Part shown: piece after piece, positions 63,484-64,000 of the stretch
How the letters are laid out: each line of letters starts with the position of its first letter
How positions within the stretch are numbered: the stretch's first letter is position 1
IMG/VR virus record: IMGVR_UViG_3300035093_000027
DNA length: 64,000 nt
Direction: 5' to 3' (one strand)
Source of the DNA: an uncultured virus (IMG/VR IMGVR_UViG_3300035093_000027)
Taxonomy: Duplodnaviria; Heunggongvirae; Uroviricota; Caudoviricetes
Notes under the pieces: generated by a model
Told to the model about the DNA's origin: nothing
What the model saw: the letters and a program-made list of their open reading frames with translations, nothing else
Database searches by the model: none
Made by a program: the position numbers and the translations under genes

Positions 63484-64000
63484 GCGACGGAAGTTCGATC
63501 GAGTGGTGCCACGCTACGTGGACGATCGCGGTGGGTTGCACGCGCGTGAGCGCGGGCTGCGACAACTGCTACGCGATCAGCTTCGTGCACCGCGGACTGC
63601 ACGAGACGCACCGCGGGCTCACGAAGCTCCGCTCGAAGGACGCCGCACGTCCCGGCGTCGACTGGAACGGAACGGTGCGCACGCTGCCGGAGCGTCTCTC
63701 CGATCCGCTGAAGTGGAAGAAGCCGCGGCGCGTGTTCGTCGGATCGATCACCGATCTGTTCCACCCGTCGATCCCGTTCGAGTACATCGCGGCCGTCTTC
63801 GGAGTGATGGCCGCGTGCCCGCAGCACACGTTCCTCGTGCTGACGAAGCGTCCCGAGCGAGCGCGCGCGTTCTTCGACCACATTTTCGGGTTGGAGAACT
63901 GCGCCGAGACGGTCGCGTGGGAGGGCGAGCGGCACGGCGTGGTCTGGGACGCGCGCGGCAGCGAGGCGTTCCGCTACCCGCCGCATGAGCCGCTCAACCT
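63480..64000 (+). CDS. DUF5131 (phage Gp37/Gp68) protein, 3'-truncated; absent from the ORF track
   Basis: SSIEWCHATW...GCTRVSAGCDNCYA, PLKWKKPRRVFVGSITDLFH, PQHTFLVLTKRPERA. Confidence 0.9.
   Translation, partial: MSDGSSIEWCHATWTIAVGCTRVSAGCDNCYAISFVHRGLHETHRGLTKLRSKDAARPGVDWNGTVRTLPERLSDPLKWKKPRRVFVGSITDLFHPSIPFEYIAAVFGVMAACPQHTFLVLTKRPERARAFFDHIFGLENCAETVAWEGERHGVVWDARGSEAFRYPPHEPLN

Overview
High-GC, gene-dense segment of a large phage/provirus-like element. No core housekeeping genes, and no terminase, portal or recognisable major capsid gene, were found in this window. A lipoprotein with an acidic Ser/Asp linker and an OmpA-like protein hint at a Myxococcota (Nannocystaceae-like) host; this is inference. 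Layout: (1) 1-8 kb, a block of basic, membrane and cargo-like proteins punctuated by Arg/Lys-flanked Asn-Pro (NP) motifs, plus a solo tnpB. (2) 8.4-9.6 kb, a phased repeat array and a DNA methyltransferase-wHTH fusion. (3) 9.6-21.3 kb, a glycan cluster with many glycosyltransferases, a sugar C-methyltransferase, gmd and a NUDIX hydrolase. (4) 22-27 kb, multi-domain proteins (ADP-ribosyltransferase-like, zincin, Zn-finger) ending in a shared 16-aa C-terminal tag. (5) 26.9-28 kb, a candidate structured ncRNA, an attenuator-like leader, two tRNA-like genes with aberrant anticodon arms and a Pth2-like gene. (6) 28.6-41.7 kb, virion-type genes: paralogous beta-rich proteins, an M23 peptidase, a beta-helix spike, a 21x21-aa repeat protein, a Gly-rich fibre and an inserted HNH gene. 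(7) 42-64 kb, early/accessory genes including DUF1643, a sigma-70 factor, a frameshifted Acb2/Tad1-like gene, DUF2786, a SLOG protein, a Cre-like recombinase and DUF5131. The most striking candidate system is a putative peptide-tag sorting/processing code: NP delimiters, a portable N-terminal leader and a portable C-terminal tag on unrelated proteins. Several of these genes and the virion-type genes follow a conserved, mostly leaderless promoter motif (CTGGTAGGGTCC) that may be read by the element's own sigma factor. All family names come from motif recognition by eye and need HMM confirmation.
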